From Candidatus Latescibacterota bacterium (GTDB lineage: Bacteria; Latescibacterota; UBA2968; UBA8231): a stretch of 64,000 nucleotides of DNA. The stretch covers positions 512,001 to 576,000 of the forward strand of contig CBDETK010000013.1 of the NCBI GenBank assembly GCA_965242865.1, read 5' to 3'. Of the stretch, positions 48,244 to 57,029 are shown piece after piece. Each line of letters begins with the position of its first letter. Within the stretch, counting starts at the first letter, position 1. Made by a program: the position numbers and the translations under genes. The notes under the pieces are model-generated. The model searched no databases, was not told the DNA's origin, and worked only from the letters and a program-made list of their open reading frames with translations.

Positions 48244-49167
48244 ATGGCCGAATTCGACACCATCGCCAAGCATCTCATCCACACCTACCCAACGGACTTC
48301 GCCCGATTCGCCCTCCAACAAGACGACATCCAAGTCCGCGGCGTCGTCGAGACCGAGCAAACCACTGTCGAAACCCATCGCACCGACAGCCTCATTCGCG
48401 TCCACGTCGATGGCGTCGAGGCGTTGGTCCATCACGAGTTTCAAACCACCGATAGCAAACCGCCCATGCCCCTCCGCATGGTCGGCTATATCGGACGCGG
48501 CATCGAGCAGCATAAGTGCCCGATCTACTCCAACGTCATCTACTTGCGGCCGGACGCCGGTCGGAGCGATCCGGGGTATTATCTCCAAGAGCAGCACGGC
48601 TACCGGGTGTTGGTGCAATACAAGGTGAGTCGGCTGATTGAGCTCGATGGCCAGCGCATACTTGAGGAGGGGCCTTCGGGCTTGCTGCCGTTTGCGCCGT
48701 TGATGCAGCCGCCCGCGGGGATAGATGCCGAGGGGTGGTTGCGCCAGTGTGTGAACCGGGCACAACAGGTGCCGCTGGCCGAATCCCGCCAGGCCAATTA
48801 CTTGGCCAATCTTGCGGTATTGAGCGGGTTGGTGTATAACTTAGACACGATTACGACCATCATCGCGGAGGAGACCATGTACGAGTCGTCGGTAGTGCAG
48901 TATTTCACGGAAAAGGGCATTAAGCAGGGCATTAAGCAGGGCATTAAGCAGGGCATTGAACAGGGCATCGAGCGAGGCGGCCGAGAACGCGCCCTTGAAG
49001 CTCTGCTCGAGGTGCTAGCGATTCGCTTTGAACTGGCTGCGTCGGATCCGTTGGCTGTCCGCATTGGGGCCATTGACGATGTGCAGTACCTCAAGCAGTT
49101 GCATCGGGCGGCCATACAGGTCCCCAGCCTTGAAGCCTTTAGAGACCTGTTAGACGAAGCCGAGTAG
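48244..49167 (+). CDS. rpn: Rpn/YhgA-like PD-(D/E)XK nuclease family protein (long form)
   Basis: MAEFDTIAKHL, RTDSL, HHEFQT, MPLRM..Y, VIYL, LLPFAPLM; GIKQ repeats. Confidence 0.85.
   Translation: MAEFDTIAKHLIHTYPTDFARFALQQDDIQVRGVVETEQTTVETHRTDSLIRVHVDGVEALVHHEFQTTDSKPPMPLRMVGYIGRGIEQHKCPIYSNVIYLRPDAGRSDPGYYLQEQHGYRVLVQYKVSRLIELDGQRILEEGPSGLLPFAPLMQPPAGIDAEGWLRQCVNRAQQVPLAESRQANYLANLAVLSGLVYNLDTITTIIAEETMYESSVVQYFTEKGIKQGIKQGIKQGIEQGIERGGRERALEALLEVLAIRFELAASDPLAVRIGAIDDVQYLKQLHRAAIQVPSLEAFRDLLDEAE
48877..49167 (+). CDS. Putative internally initiated small C-terminal Rpn antitoxin (RpnS, 96 aa)
   Basis: In-frame ATG (MYESSVV...) preceded by GGAGGAG at 48867-48873. Confidence 0.6.
   Translation: MYESSVVQYFTEKGIKQGIKQGIKQGIEQGIERGGRERALEALLEVLAIRFELAASDPLAVRIGAIDDVQYLKQLHRAAIQVPSLEAFRDLLDEAE
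48914..48973 (+). repeat. 12-bp coding tandem repeat, 5 copies (GIKQ/GIEQ)
   Basis: agggcattaagc x3 perfect plus two variants. Confidence 0.95.
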
Positions 49168-49203
49168 GGCACCGCGTAATTTCGGTTATATGAGCGTATT
49201 GTT

Positions 49204-51300
49204 CTAACGGGCCTCGGCCGCTGTCAGCACCATCTGCCCAACCTCGTCGACGCGCACTTGGTACTGAGGATGGACGACCGTGGTTGAATCGATCTCCTCG
49301 ACGATGGCCGGCCCCTGCACCACTGCGTCAGCCCCCAGCGCATAGCGGTCGTACACCGGGCAATCGACGAATCCCTTGCGCTCGGCAAAATACACCGGCC
49401 GGTTTCCCTTGGCCGTTGCTTCCCCGGCGGCCTTCGCCAGCGGCGCCAGCGCAGGTTTGGCAATCTGGCCGATGGCCGCGAGCCGCACACTGACTAACTC
49501 GACGTCCTCTTCCGGTGCGCTGAAACCATAAGCGCGCTCATGCGTGCGGTGGAACTGTGCCAATAGCTGCGCTAGCTCGGCTGGCCCCAAAGCACCAGCC
49601 GCCAACGGCAGCGTCAACTCGTGGCTCTGCCCAACGTAGCGCAGATCCACTTGGCGTCTGAATTCCATGGCCGCTTCCGCCATTCCTTCGCGCCCCAGCG
49701 TCTCCCGCCCCTGCGCCTCCAACGTGCGGAAGGTCTGTTCTAGGGTTTGGGAATCTACTTGGTCTAGCCGCTGGATGAGGGTGGTCGCGTAATCGTGTTT
49801 TAAGTCCGTCACCAACAGGCCCAACGCCGAGGCCGTGCCCGGGCTTTGGAGTATGATCGCCACGGGAATCTCGGTCAGGGCGGCGAGGCGGTTGGCGTGT
49901 GCTGGCCCCGCGCCGCCAAAGGCCACTAGCGCGAAGTCGCGCGGATCATAGCCGCGCTGCACGGAGACCAGTCGCAGCGCGTTGACCATGGCGGTGTTGG
50001 CGATCTCGACGATGCCGTGGGCCGCGGCGACCCAGTCCATGCCCAGTGGCCGGGCGCAGTGTTGTTCGATGGCGCGTTGGGCCGCGACCGGGTCAATGGC
50101 GATTTCGCCGCCGAGAAAATAGCTCGGGTTGAGCCGCCCCAATGCGAGGTTGGCATCGGTGACCGTGGGGTGGGTTCCGCCTCGGCCATAGCAGGCTGGC
50201 CCGGGATCAGCTCCGGCACTTTGAGGGCCGACCCGCAGGATGCCGCCGGGGTCCACCCAAGCGATGGACCCGCCGCCCGCGCCAATTTCCACGAGGTCGA
50301 TCACGGGTGTGCGGATGGGATACCCCGCGCCGCGCGTCGCCCCAAGGCCCGCTTGCGCCGTCGTCCCGACTTCGTAGTCCTTGGTCACGCTCGGCGCGCC
50401 GTCTTGGATCAGCGCGGCTTTGGCCGTCGTCCCGCCCATATCAAAGGAAATCACCTGCTGATACCCCCGCGCCTGCCCCAGGTGCGCGGCTGCAATCACG
50501 CCGGCGGCCGGGCCGGACTCGACCATGTAAACCGGCTTTTGCCGCGCGGCCGCAAAGGTGTACACCCCGCCGCTGCTCTGCATTACGAGTAGCTCGGCGG
50601 CGAGGCCGGCCTGTGCCAGCCGGTCTTCGATGCGCTGCAAGTAGCGCGCGACCACCGGGCGGATGCAGCTGTTGATCACGGTCGTGCTGGCCCGCAAGTA
50701 CTCGCGGAACTCGGGCGCCACTTCGGCCGACAGGGAGACGATGGCCTCGGGAAAGACTTCGGCGAGAATTGCCCCGGCCCGCCGCTCGTGGACGGGATTG
50801 GCGTAGGCGTGTAAAAAGCAGACGGCGATGGCCTCCACGCCCTCCGCTCGCAGTGCGTGCGCTACTTGGCGCAGGGCCTTTTCGTCGAGCGGCGTCAGCA
50901 CGGTGCCGCCGGCATTGAGGCGCTCGGGGACGCCAAAACAGCGGTGGCGCGGCACGAGCGGCCGGGGCTTTTCAAACTGCAAGTCGTAGAGAGTGGGGCG
51001 AATTTGGCGGGCGATCTCCAGCATATCGCGGAAGCCCTCGGTGGTGATAAAGCCCGTTGGCGCGACCTTGCCCTCGATGATGGCGTTGGTGGCGATTGTG
51101 GTGCCGTGAACGATATAGGCCACATCTTTAGCGGCGATCTGCTGCTTGGCGAGCAGCCGCTGCACTGCTTCCATAAACCCGCCGGACGGGTCTTGGGGGG
51201 TCGAAGAGACTTTGTCGGTATAGATGCGCCCGGTCGTTTCGTCGATGAGCGCAATGTCGGTAAAGGTGCCGCCGATATCGACGCCGAGTCTATAGGCCAT
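49204..51300 (-). CDS. Hydantoinase A/5-oxoprolinase subunit
   Basis: GVDIGGTFTD, HGTTIATNA, ESGPAAG, DMGGTT, GAGGGS, FGGAGP. Confidence 0.93.
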   Translation of the reverse strand: MAYRLGVDIGGTFTDIALIDETTGRIYTDKVSSTPQDPSGGFMEAVQRLLAKQQIAAKDVAYIVHGTTIATNAIIEGKVAPTGFITTEGFRDMLEIARQIRPTLYDLQFEKPRPLVPRHRCFGVPERLNAGGTVLTPLDEKALRQVAHALRAEGVEAIAVCFLHAYANPVHERRAGAILAEVFPEAIVSLSAEVAPEFREYLRASTTVINSCIRPVVARYLQRIEDRLAQAGLAAELLVMQSSGGVYTFAAARQKPVYMVESGPAAGVIAAAHLGQARGYQQVISFDMGGTTAKAALIQDGAPSVTKDYEVGTTAQAGLGATRGAGYPIRTPVIDLVEIGAGGGSIAWVDPGGILRVGPQSAGADPGPACYGRGGTHPTVTDANLALGRLNPSYFLGGEIAIDPVAAQRAIEQHCARPLGMDWVAAAHGIVEIANTAMVNALRLVSVQRGYDPRDFALVAFGGAGPAHANRLAALTEIPVAIILQSPGTASALGLLVTDLKHDYATTLIQRLDQVDSQTLEQTFRTLEAQGRETLGREGMAEAAMEFRRQVDLRYVGQSHELTLPLAAGALGPAELAQLLAQFHRTHERAYGFSAPEEDVELVSVRLAAIGQIAKPALAPLAKAAGEATAKGNRPVYFAERKGFVDCPVYDRYALGADAVVQGPAIVEEIDSTTVVHPQYQVRVDEVGQMVLTAAEAR

Positions 51301-53029
51301 CGCCTGCCAGCTCCCGCCGCCGCGCCGCGGTCGCGGCTCGATCGACTTGCCCGGTGGTGCTGTTGACGACCACGCCATACTCCGCCCGCGCCCGCGCCGC
51401 GCTCACCTTGCCCTCGCGCACATCTTCGGCCACCGCTTGGGGATCGCGGCAATGGGGCGGTCCGTAGCCGCCGCCGCCGCAGGTGCGATAGCTAAAGACC
51501 GTGTCGGCCGCGAGCGCAATCGTCGTTTTAGATCCCAATTCAACGCGCTGTCCTTCGGGATCGAGGATGTACCGCGCCCGGCCCCCAGCGTGCCCCCCCG
51601 CCAGCCCTTCCGGCCCCCAGCGGTCCCGGTCCGATAGGACGGTAAAGGACACTTCGTGATCGATAAATCGGTAGTCTCGCCGCAGCCCCAAGCCGCCGCG
51701 ATACTGCCCGGCACCCTCTGAGTTTTCTATCAGTTCATAGCGGTCAATCCGCAGCGGGTAGTTGATTTCGATTTCCTCAATCGGCGCGTTCTCGGTGTTT
51801 TGGCCGTGGCACTGCACCGCGTCCGGCCCGTCCTTGGTGCTGCGCCCGCCATAGCCGCCCGCCATCGTCTCATAGTAGGAATAAAGCTGCCCGGTGCGCG
51901 GGTCTGTGCCGCCAAACCCCACTTGGCACATCGTCCCCTTGGTCGCGGCCGGTATCGTATCGGGCAGCGCCGGATGCAGTGCCCGGAGCAGGACATCGGT
52001 GAGCCGCACTTGGGTCTCCCAGCCCCCAACCACTGGCGAGGGGGCCGTGCAATTGACGACCGTGCCCTCGGGCGCGACGAGCCGCACCTGCTCGTAAAAC
52101 CCCGCGTTGACCGGCACGTCTTGGTCGATCAGGCACTTGAGGACGTACGCACAGGCCGCATAGGTCTGCGCGTACGTGGAATTGACCGGGGCCCGGCGCT
52201 GTGGGTCGCACCCGGTTAGGTCGAAGAGCACTCCATCGCAGTTGATGACGACGCGGGCTTGCAGCCGCACCGGCTCGTCGGTAAAGCCATCGTTATCGAC
52301 GACGCCAGTGGCCGTGAACTCCCCTTGGGGCAATTTGCCCAACTCGGCTCGGGTGCGCTCCCTAGTGTAGTCGATGAGCCGGTCCATGTAGAAAGACGCT
52401 GGTGCCAACCCGACTTGCTCGACGAGGGTGTTGAGCCGGCGAATCCCCGAGTGGTTGGCCGCTATTTGGGCGCGAAAGTCGCCGCGCGTCTCCCGCTTGG
52501 AGCGGATCTGGGCAATGACCAATTCAAAGACGTCGGCCGCGATTTCTCCACCGCGCACTAACTTTACCGGCGGGATGATGACGCCCTCTTGGTACACCTG
52601 CTGAAAGGCGCCAATGCTGGCGGGCGCGCCGCCGCCCACATCGACGTGATGGGCGAGATTGGCCACATAGCCAAACAGTTCCTCGCCGCAATAGACCGGC
52701 GAAATCAGGGTGATGTCGTTGAGGTGGACTCCGCCGCGATAGGGATCGTTGACGAGGATCGCGTCGCCGGCGTGCAAGCGCTCAGGCCCGTATTCGGCGA
52801 CTGCGCGGGGCGTGAGGATCGTCAGCGAGCCGAGGTGTACGGGCTGGGTAAAGGCTTGGGCGACGGGCCGCAACTGGCGGTCGAAAAAGGCACAGGAGAA
52901 ATCGGCGCGGGTTTTGATGTTGGTGGAATACGCGCTGCGCCGGAGGGCAATGGCCATCTCCTCGGTGGCTTCGAGCAAGGCGTTGCGAATGACCTCGAAT
53001 TGGATGGGGTCGAGCGGGTCGGACAGCAT
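51290..53029 (-). CDS. Hydantoinase B/5-oxoprolinase subunit
   Basis: EEM..AL.RSAYS, PVHLGS, NDPYRGGVHLND, HHVDVGG, GGGGYG. Confidence 0.93.
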   Translation of the reverse strand: MLSDPLDPIQFEVIRNALLEATEEMAIALRRSAYSTNIKTRADFSCAFFDRQLRPVAQAFTQPVHLGSLTILTPRAVAEYGPERLHAGDAILVNDPYRGGVHLNDITLISPVYCGEELFGYVANLAHHVDVGGGAPASIGAFQQVYQEGVIIPPVKLVRGGEIAADVFELVIAQIRSKRETRGDFRAQIAANHSGIRRLNTLVEQVGLAPASFYMDRLIDYTRERTRAELGKLPQGEFTATGVVDNDGFTDEPVRLQARVVINCDGVLFDLTGCDPQRRAPVNSTYAQTYAACAYVLKCLIDQDVPVNAGFYEQVRLVAPEGTVVNCTAPSPVVGGWETQVRLTDVLLRALHPALPDTIPAATKGTMCQVGFGGTDPRTGQLYSYYETMAGGYGGRSTKDGPDAVQCHGQNTENAPIEEIEINYPLRIDRYELIENSEGAGQYRGGLGLRRDYRFIDHEVSFTVLSDRDRWGPEGLAGGHAGGRARYILDPEGQRVELGSKTTIALAADTVFSYRTCGGGGYGPPHCRDPQAVAEDVREGKVSAARARAEYGVVVNSTTGQVDRAATAARRRELAGDGL

Positions 53030-53063
53030 GGCTTCTCGCAGTGTTGGAATGGGTTGATACCTT

Positions 53064-53103
53064 AAAAAAGACGCCGCCTCGTGTTAGAGCAAGGCGGCGT
53101 CTT
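53064..53103 (-). terminator. Rho-independent terminator after the Ldh_2 gene
   Basis: aagacgccgcct ... aggcggcgtctt 12-bp stem with a T-run on the minus strand. Confidence 0.75.
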
Positions 53104-53111
53104 AGAGGCCC

Positions 53112-54188
53112 TCAGCCCAAGTCCAAGTTAAAATCCGCCGGGTTGAGGCCGCTGTCTTCGGCCAGTCCTCGCAGGCTGATCAAGACGTCCTCGGGCAGGA
53201 CGATCCCCTCGGCCAGTGCTTGCTCTCGCTTGTTCCACTCGATCTCGCCCGGTAGGAAGATGGCTCCGCCTTTGGCGGTGGAGGCCCCCTTGATCTCTTG
53301 GCACATAGCGTTCATGCGGGCGTGGAATTCCGCCAGCGGCATCATTGCGCCGACGTCAATGGCCACAAAGGCATGGCCTTGGTTGGAGGGCGCGTCCGTG
53401 TCCGCTACCCAGCTTTGGACGCCGCTCATCATGGCCGCTCCCGTGAGAGTGGCCGTCAGCAATTCCACTAGTACGGCCAATCCGTACCCTTTGTGGCCGG
53501 CCATGGGCAACTGCGCCCCTTTTTCTGGAAACTCGGTGGGGTCGGTCGTTGGGATGCCGTCTTCATCCACCAGCCAAGTGGCTGGAATGCTGCGCCCTTC
53601 GTTTTTGGCGGCGAATATTTTGGTGGCCGCAACCGCGCTCGTGGCAATGTCCAACATGACGGTGCGGTCCGTGCCGGTCGGTGCCGCGTAGGCGATCGGG
53701 TTGGTCCCTAAGACTCGGCTCTTGCCGCCCGGCACGGTCATGCAGGGTTCCACATTGCACATGGAAAGGCCGACCATGTCGCTTTCGGCGATCATGTTGG
53801 CGTAAAACCCGGCCGCCCCGTAGTGGCTGCTGCCGCGGATGCCGATGTAGCACATCCCGCTTTGGCGAGCTTTGGCAATGGCGAGTTCAACGGCGCGGCA
53901 GGAGATGGCGGGCGGCATGCCGTCGCAAGCGTCTATAATGGCCCAAGACGGACCTTGAGCGACGATGTTCTCTTTCGCGGTTGCAACCAGCCGGCCGCGC
54001 CGCGCATTCTGCATCAAGCCGCGGAGTTGCCGGGTGCCGTGCGTAAAGGTGCCCCAAGTGTCGGTGGTGACGAAGACGCGGGCACTCAGTTCGGCGTCTT
54101 CTTGGCTGAGGCCGGCTTTGACCATGGCCGCGACGCAAAAGGCCGTCAGGTCGTCCGGTCGGATGCTTTGGCGGGTAGATTCAGTCAA
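53112..54188 (-). CDS. Ldh_2 family (malate/L-lactate/ureidoglycolate) dehydrogenase
   Basis: THG, SSHYGAAG, GTNPIA, DIATS, HKGYGLA, LPGE. Confidence 0.92.
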   Translation of the reverse strand: MTESTRQSIRPDDLTAFCVAAMVKAGLSQEDAELSARVFVTTDTWGTFTHGTRQLRGLMQNARRGRLVATAKENIVAQGPSWAIIDACDGMPPAISCRAVELAIAKARQSGMCYIGIRGSSHYGAAGFYANMIAESDMVGLSMCNVEPCMTVPGGKSRVLGTNPIAYAAPTGTDRTVMLDIATSAVAATKIFAAKNEGRSIPATWLVDEDGIPTTDPTEFPEKGAQLPMAGHKGYGLAVLVELLTATLTGAAMMSGVQSWVADTDAPSNQGHAFVAIDVGAMMPLAEFHARMNAMCQEIKGASTAKGGAIFLPGEIEWNKREQALAEGIVLPEDVLISLRGLAEDSGLNPADFNLDLG

Positions 54189-54315
54189 GGGATAGGCTCC
54201 TTTTGGGTGGGTGCGTGGTTTGCGAGTAGGATAAAGAGATTTTTCGCGGCCCGGTCAAGGAGGGGGCACGGAGCAGCGTCCTCGGGGGGCTTGTCCGCAG
54301 CAATAGAATTGGGCA

Positions 54316-54714
54316 TTATTGCGCGGCTTGAGGCTCGTGGAGCAGTTGGCGTACGAAGCGTGTTTTAGGAACAAGGCCGGGCGAGATCGCAGTCATCCGA
54401 TTGCGGCCGAGGTGATAAGAGACGCCGAAGGTCTGTTTTTCCTCTTCTACTTTCTGCGTCGGGATACCTGTGAGGACGCCGCCATGCGCTTGTGCTTTTA
54501 TCGTATTCTTTATATCGGCCTCCTCGACAAATTCAATGCTTTTTCCGGGATAAACCCCCTGTAACTGCTCCCTGAACACCTTCTTCACATCCCCCTCTCC
54601 TCTGACCCCGAGAGAGATGTCAACCGTGCCGCCGCCGTTCCCTGAAATGATCGTCGTAAGCGTATAACCCGCTTGGGAGGCAGCGACAATCGCGGCTTGC
54701 CCCCCTCTTGTCAT
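54316..54714 (-). pseudogene. Fragment of a larger gene, possibly the N-terminal region of a HerA/DUF87-type defence ATPase
   Basis: LQGVYPG...GVLTGIPTQK segment; AT-richer; resemblance from memory only. Confidence 0.35.
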
Positions 54715-54734
54715 TCATCGAGAAACCGCCATCA

Positions 54735-54986
54735 CTACTCGGCATCCAACTCGCGCTGAAATGCCGCCAGATCAGTCACTTGCACTGCCGCACGATGCAA
54801 CTGCTTGAGCCGTTGCAAGTCATCGATGGCTCTGATGTCAGCGGCGAATTGGTTAGCTGCATCAGGGGTAAAGCGAACCTCCAACACTTCTTGGATGCTC
54901 TCTTGGATGCTCTCTTGGATGTTCTCTTGCGTGGTCACTTGTTTAATGTACTGTGCAAACGATGATTCGCGCATAATTGCGTCCAT
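54735..54986 (-). CDS. Putative internally initiated small Rpn antitoxin (RpnS, 83 aa), intact
   Basis: AGGAGG (54992-54997) just upstream of in-frame ATG (MDAIMRESSF...). Confidence 0.6.
   Translation of the reverse strand: MDAIMRESSFAQYIKQVTTQENIQESIQESIQEVLEVRFTPDAANQFAADIRAIDDLQRLKQLHRAAVQVTDLAAFQRELDAE
54889..54929 (-). repeat. 12-bp coding tandem repeat (QENIQESIQESIQE)
   Basis: tcttggatgctc x2 + tcttggatgttc + partial copy. Confidence 0.9.
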
Positions 54987-55990
54987 AAGACCCTCCTGGG
55001 AAATGATGCTCGTGATCGTGCTTGGCTCGTACACCAACCCACTCAATACCGCCAATCCACCCAAAAAATTAACCTTGGTTGCATGATCCAAAGACACCTC
55101 ATCGGTCCTGAGAATGCACTGACGCAACCATTCCTGTGAAGCCATCCCTACAGGAGGTTTCATCAATGGCGCGAACGGTAGCAAACCTCGATGATCGCCT
55201 TCGATAATGCGTTGTCCGTCTATCTCACTCAGCCGAATCACCTTGTAGCGTACCACTACTTGGAAGTCGGGATGCTCCTGTATGTAAAGCCCTGTATCGC
55301 GCCGCCCCGCATCAGGCCGCAAGTAGATTACGCTGGAATAAACCGGCAGGCCATACTTCTCAATGGCGCGACCGATATAGCTGGATATGCGGTGCTCCAT
55401 CGGGGTGTCCGTGCTATCCGTAGTTTGAAATTCCGTGTGAACCACGACCTCCTTGCCATCAATCCGCACGAGAATCAGGCTATTGGTTTGGCGCGTTTCA
55501 ACCATGGGTTGTTCCGTGTCGAGGATTTCTTGGAACTCGACATCGTCTCGTCCAAGTGTGAAGCGGACGAAGTCATGGGATAGGTTTGAACAAGGCGTTT
55601 GGAAATCGTGTCGTATTCGGCCATCTAGATGTACCAACCGATCTCGGTATTGTTGCTGGACTTCTCGCAGGAATTAAAAAAAAGTAGGCAAATTGTCCTC
55701 TGCTTGTTCTACAAGGGCCTGCCCAGCTTGGCGGACTTCTGCTACAAACTTCTGCTACACTTTCTTGCTGAATACCGCTCTCTTGCTTGTTGCGTTGTAA
55801 TATAGAGATCCAGCAACGTCGTCCGGTGTGTTGCGAGTTATTCGTAATTCATCATTAACCTCGTATATGATTCGTCAAGACGAAACCGCCTCGGCAATGA
55901 CGGTCAAGCTCGAATTCGGCGTCAAACGCTCAAATTGTACGCGTTGTACGCGTTTTCATACTCAACGGCAAAAGTAGGCGAGCAGGCTCC

Positions 55991-56938
55991 CTACGGCAAA
56001 AACAACTCCACCGCCTCGCTGCGCCACTGCATCTGTTGCGCGGTCGTCTCATGCGGCTTAAAGGCACAAGCGACCTCGGCAATCGGCACCCCTCTCACCT
56101 CGATCCGCTCCAAGTCGGCCACGCCGTAGCCCAAGGTGTCGGCGTAGTGCAAAAGACCCAGCTCCATCGGCTCAAAGCCCATGGCCTTGGCCATGACCGC
56201 ATCCACGGCAAACACATCGGCTGAGGCCGCGGCCACCCCCATCTGCACGACGTCGGTTCCTCCCGGGCCATTGCCCTGCAAACCCACCGTGCCATCGACG
56301 ATCCCGATGTCCGGCTTGAGATACTGGGCCAAGCGGATCAAGTTCACATTGAGCACCTCGGCCTCGCTGGGCAACACGCGCTCGGCATGAGAGGGATAGC
56401 CGTGCATCTTGATGCGATCCTCTTTGTGTAGCGTCCCCATAATCATGTTCTTCTCCGCCAAAGTAACCACGCACACATCGTGAGTCTTGGCCACGGCCAC
56501 CGAGATGGTGCAGGGGCATTCGAGGACCACGCTCGGCATCCGCACGGTCGCCTCAATGCCACCGGCCATGTAAATCGCGGTCTCTTCCCACCACGTCTCC
56601 CGATGGAGATCGACCAAGCGAATCGGCACCGGGTATTCTTCGACTAGGGCGGCGTAGCCGAAGTTGACAAACGCCTCGCCCGAATACTTCTCGTTGCCGC
56701 CTTCGGCAATGACGATCTCCTCGGGTGGCTGCGGCGTACTGAGGAGAAAGTCAATGGTGCCGCGCATGGCGTCGGTGTGCGTTGAGGCGAGGGGGTTTTC
56801 GCTGGACAGGAAGTTCGGCTTGAGCATCACTTGGGCGGCCAGCTTCGGCTCGATGTCCTCGCGCACTAAATCCAGCGCTTGATATACGTTGGCTTGACGC
56901 GCCCCAGCGCGTGCCAAACCCACTCGGATTGTATCCAT
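55991..56938 (-). CDS. DUF362 family protein
   Basis: VMLKPNF, IAEG, AKTH, TLAEKN, DG..GLQGNGP, AVDAV. Confidence 0.85.
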   Translation of the reverse strand: MDTIRVGLARAGARQANVYQALDLVREDIEPKLAAQVMLKPNFLSSENPLASTHTDAMRGTIDFLLSTPQPPEEIVIAEGGNEKYSGEAFVNFGYAALVEEYPVPIRLVDLHRETWWEETAIYMAGGIEATVRMPSVVLECPCTISVAVAKTHDVCVVTLAEKNMIMGTLHKEDRIKMHGYPSHAERVLPSEAEVLNVNLIRLAQYLKPDIGIVDGTVGLQGNGPGGTDVVQMGVAAASADVFAVDAVMAKAMGFEPMELGLLHYADTLGYGVADLERIEVRGVPIAEVACAFKPHETTAQQMQWRSEAVELFLP

Positions 56939-57029
56939 ACAGCATGTCTCCTTGGTTAGATGATGCCTTGCCCGCGCCCCGGTCCCAATGTATCATTTCT
57001 CGTCCTGCCAATCAATCCAATCTGCGCCT

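Larger units (their letters stand above)
54735..55624 (-). pseudogene. rpn: Second rpn gene; long form is frameshifted
   Basis: ATG 55624 gives MAEYDTISKRLVQTYP (matches the start of the first rpn), then a 1-nt deletion near 55577; the downstream frame gives HDFVRF..HTEFQT..LLPFAPLM. Confidence 0.8.

Noticed and set aside
48244-49167. rpn as an IS transposase
   Set aside because: No terminal inverted repeats or target duplication seen; the family is better explained as a PD-(D/E)XK nuclease TA/defence gene
55735-55860. tRNA fragment or att site of an integrative element
   Set aside because: No cloverleaf or T-loop/CCA sequence and no integrase; better explained as fragment junctions
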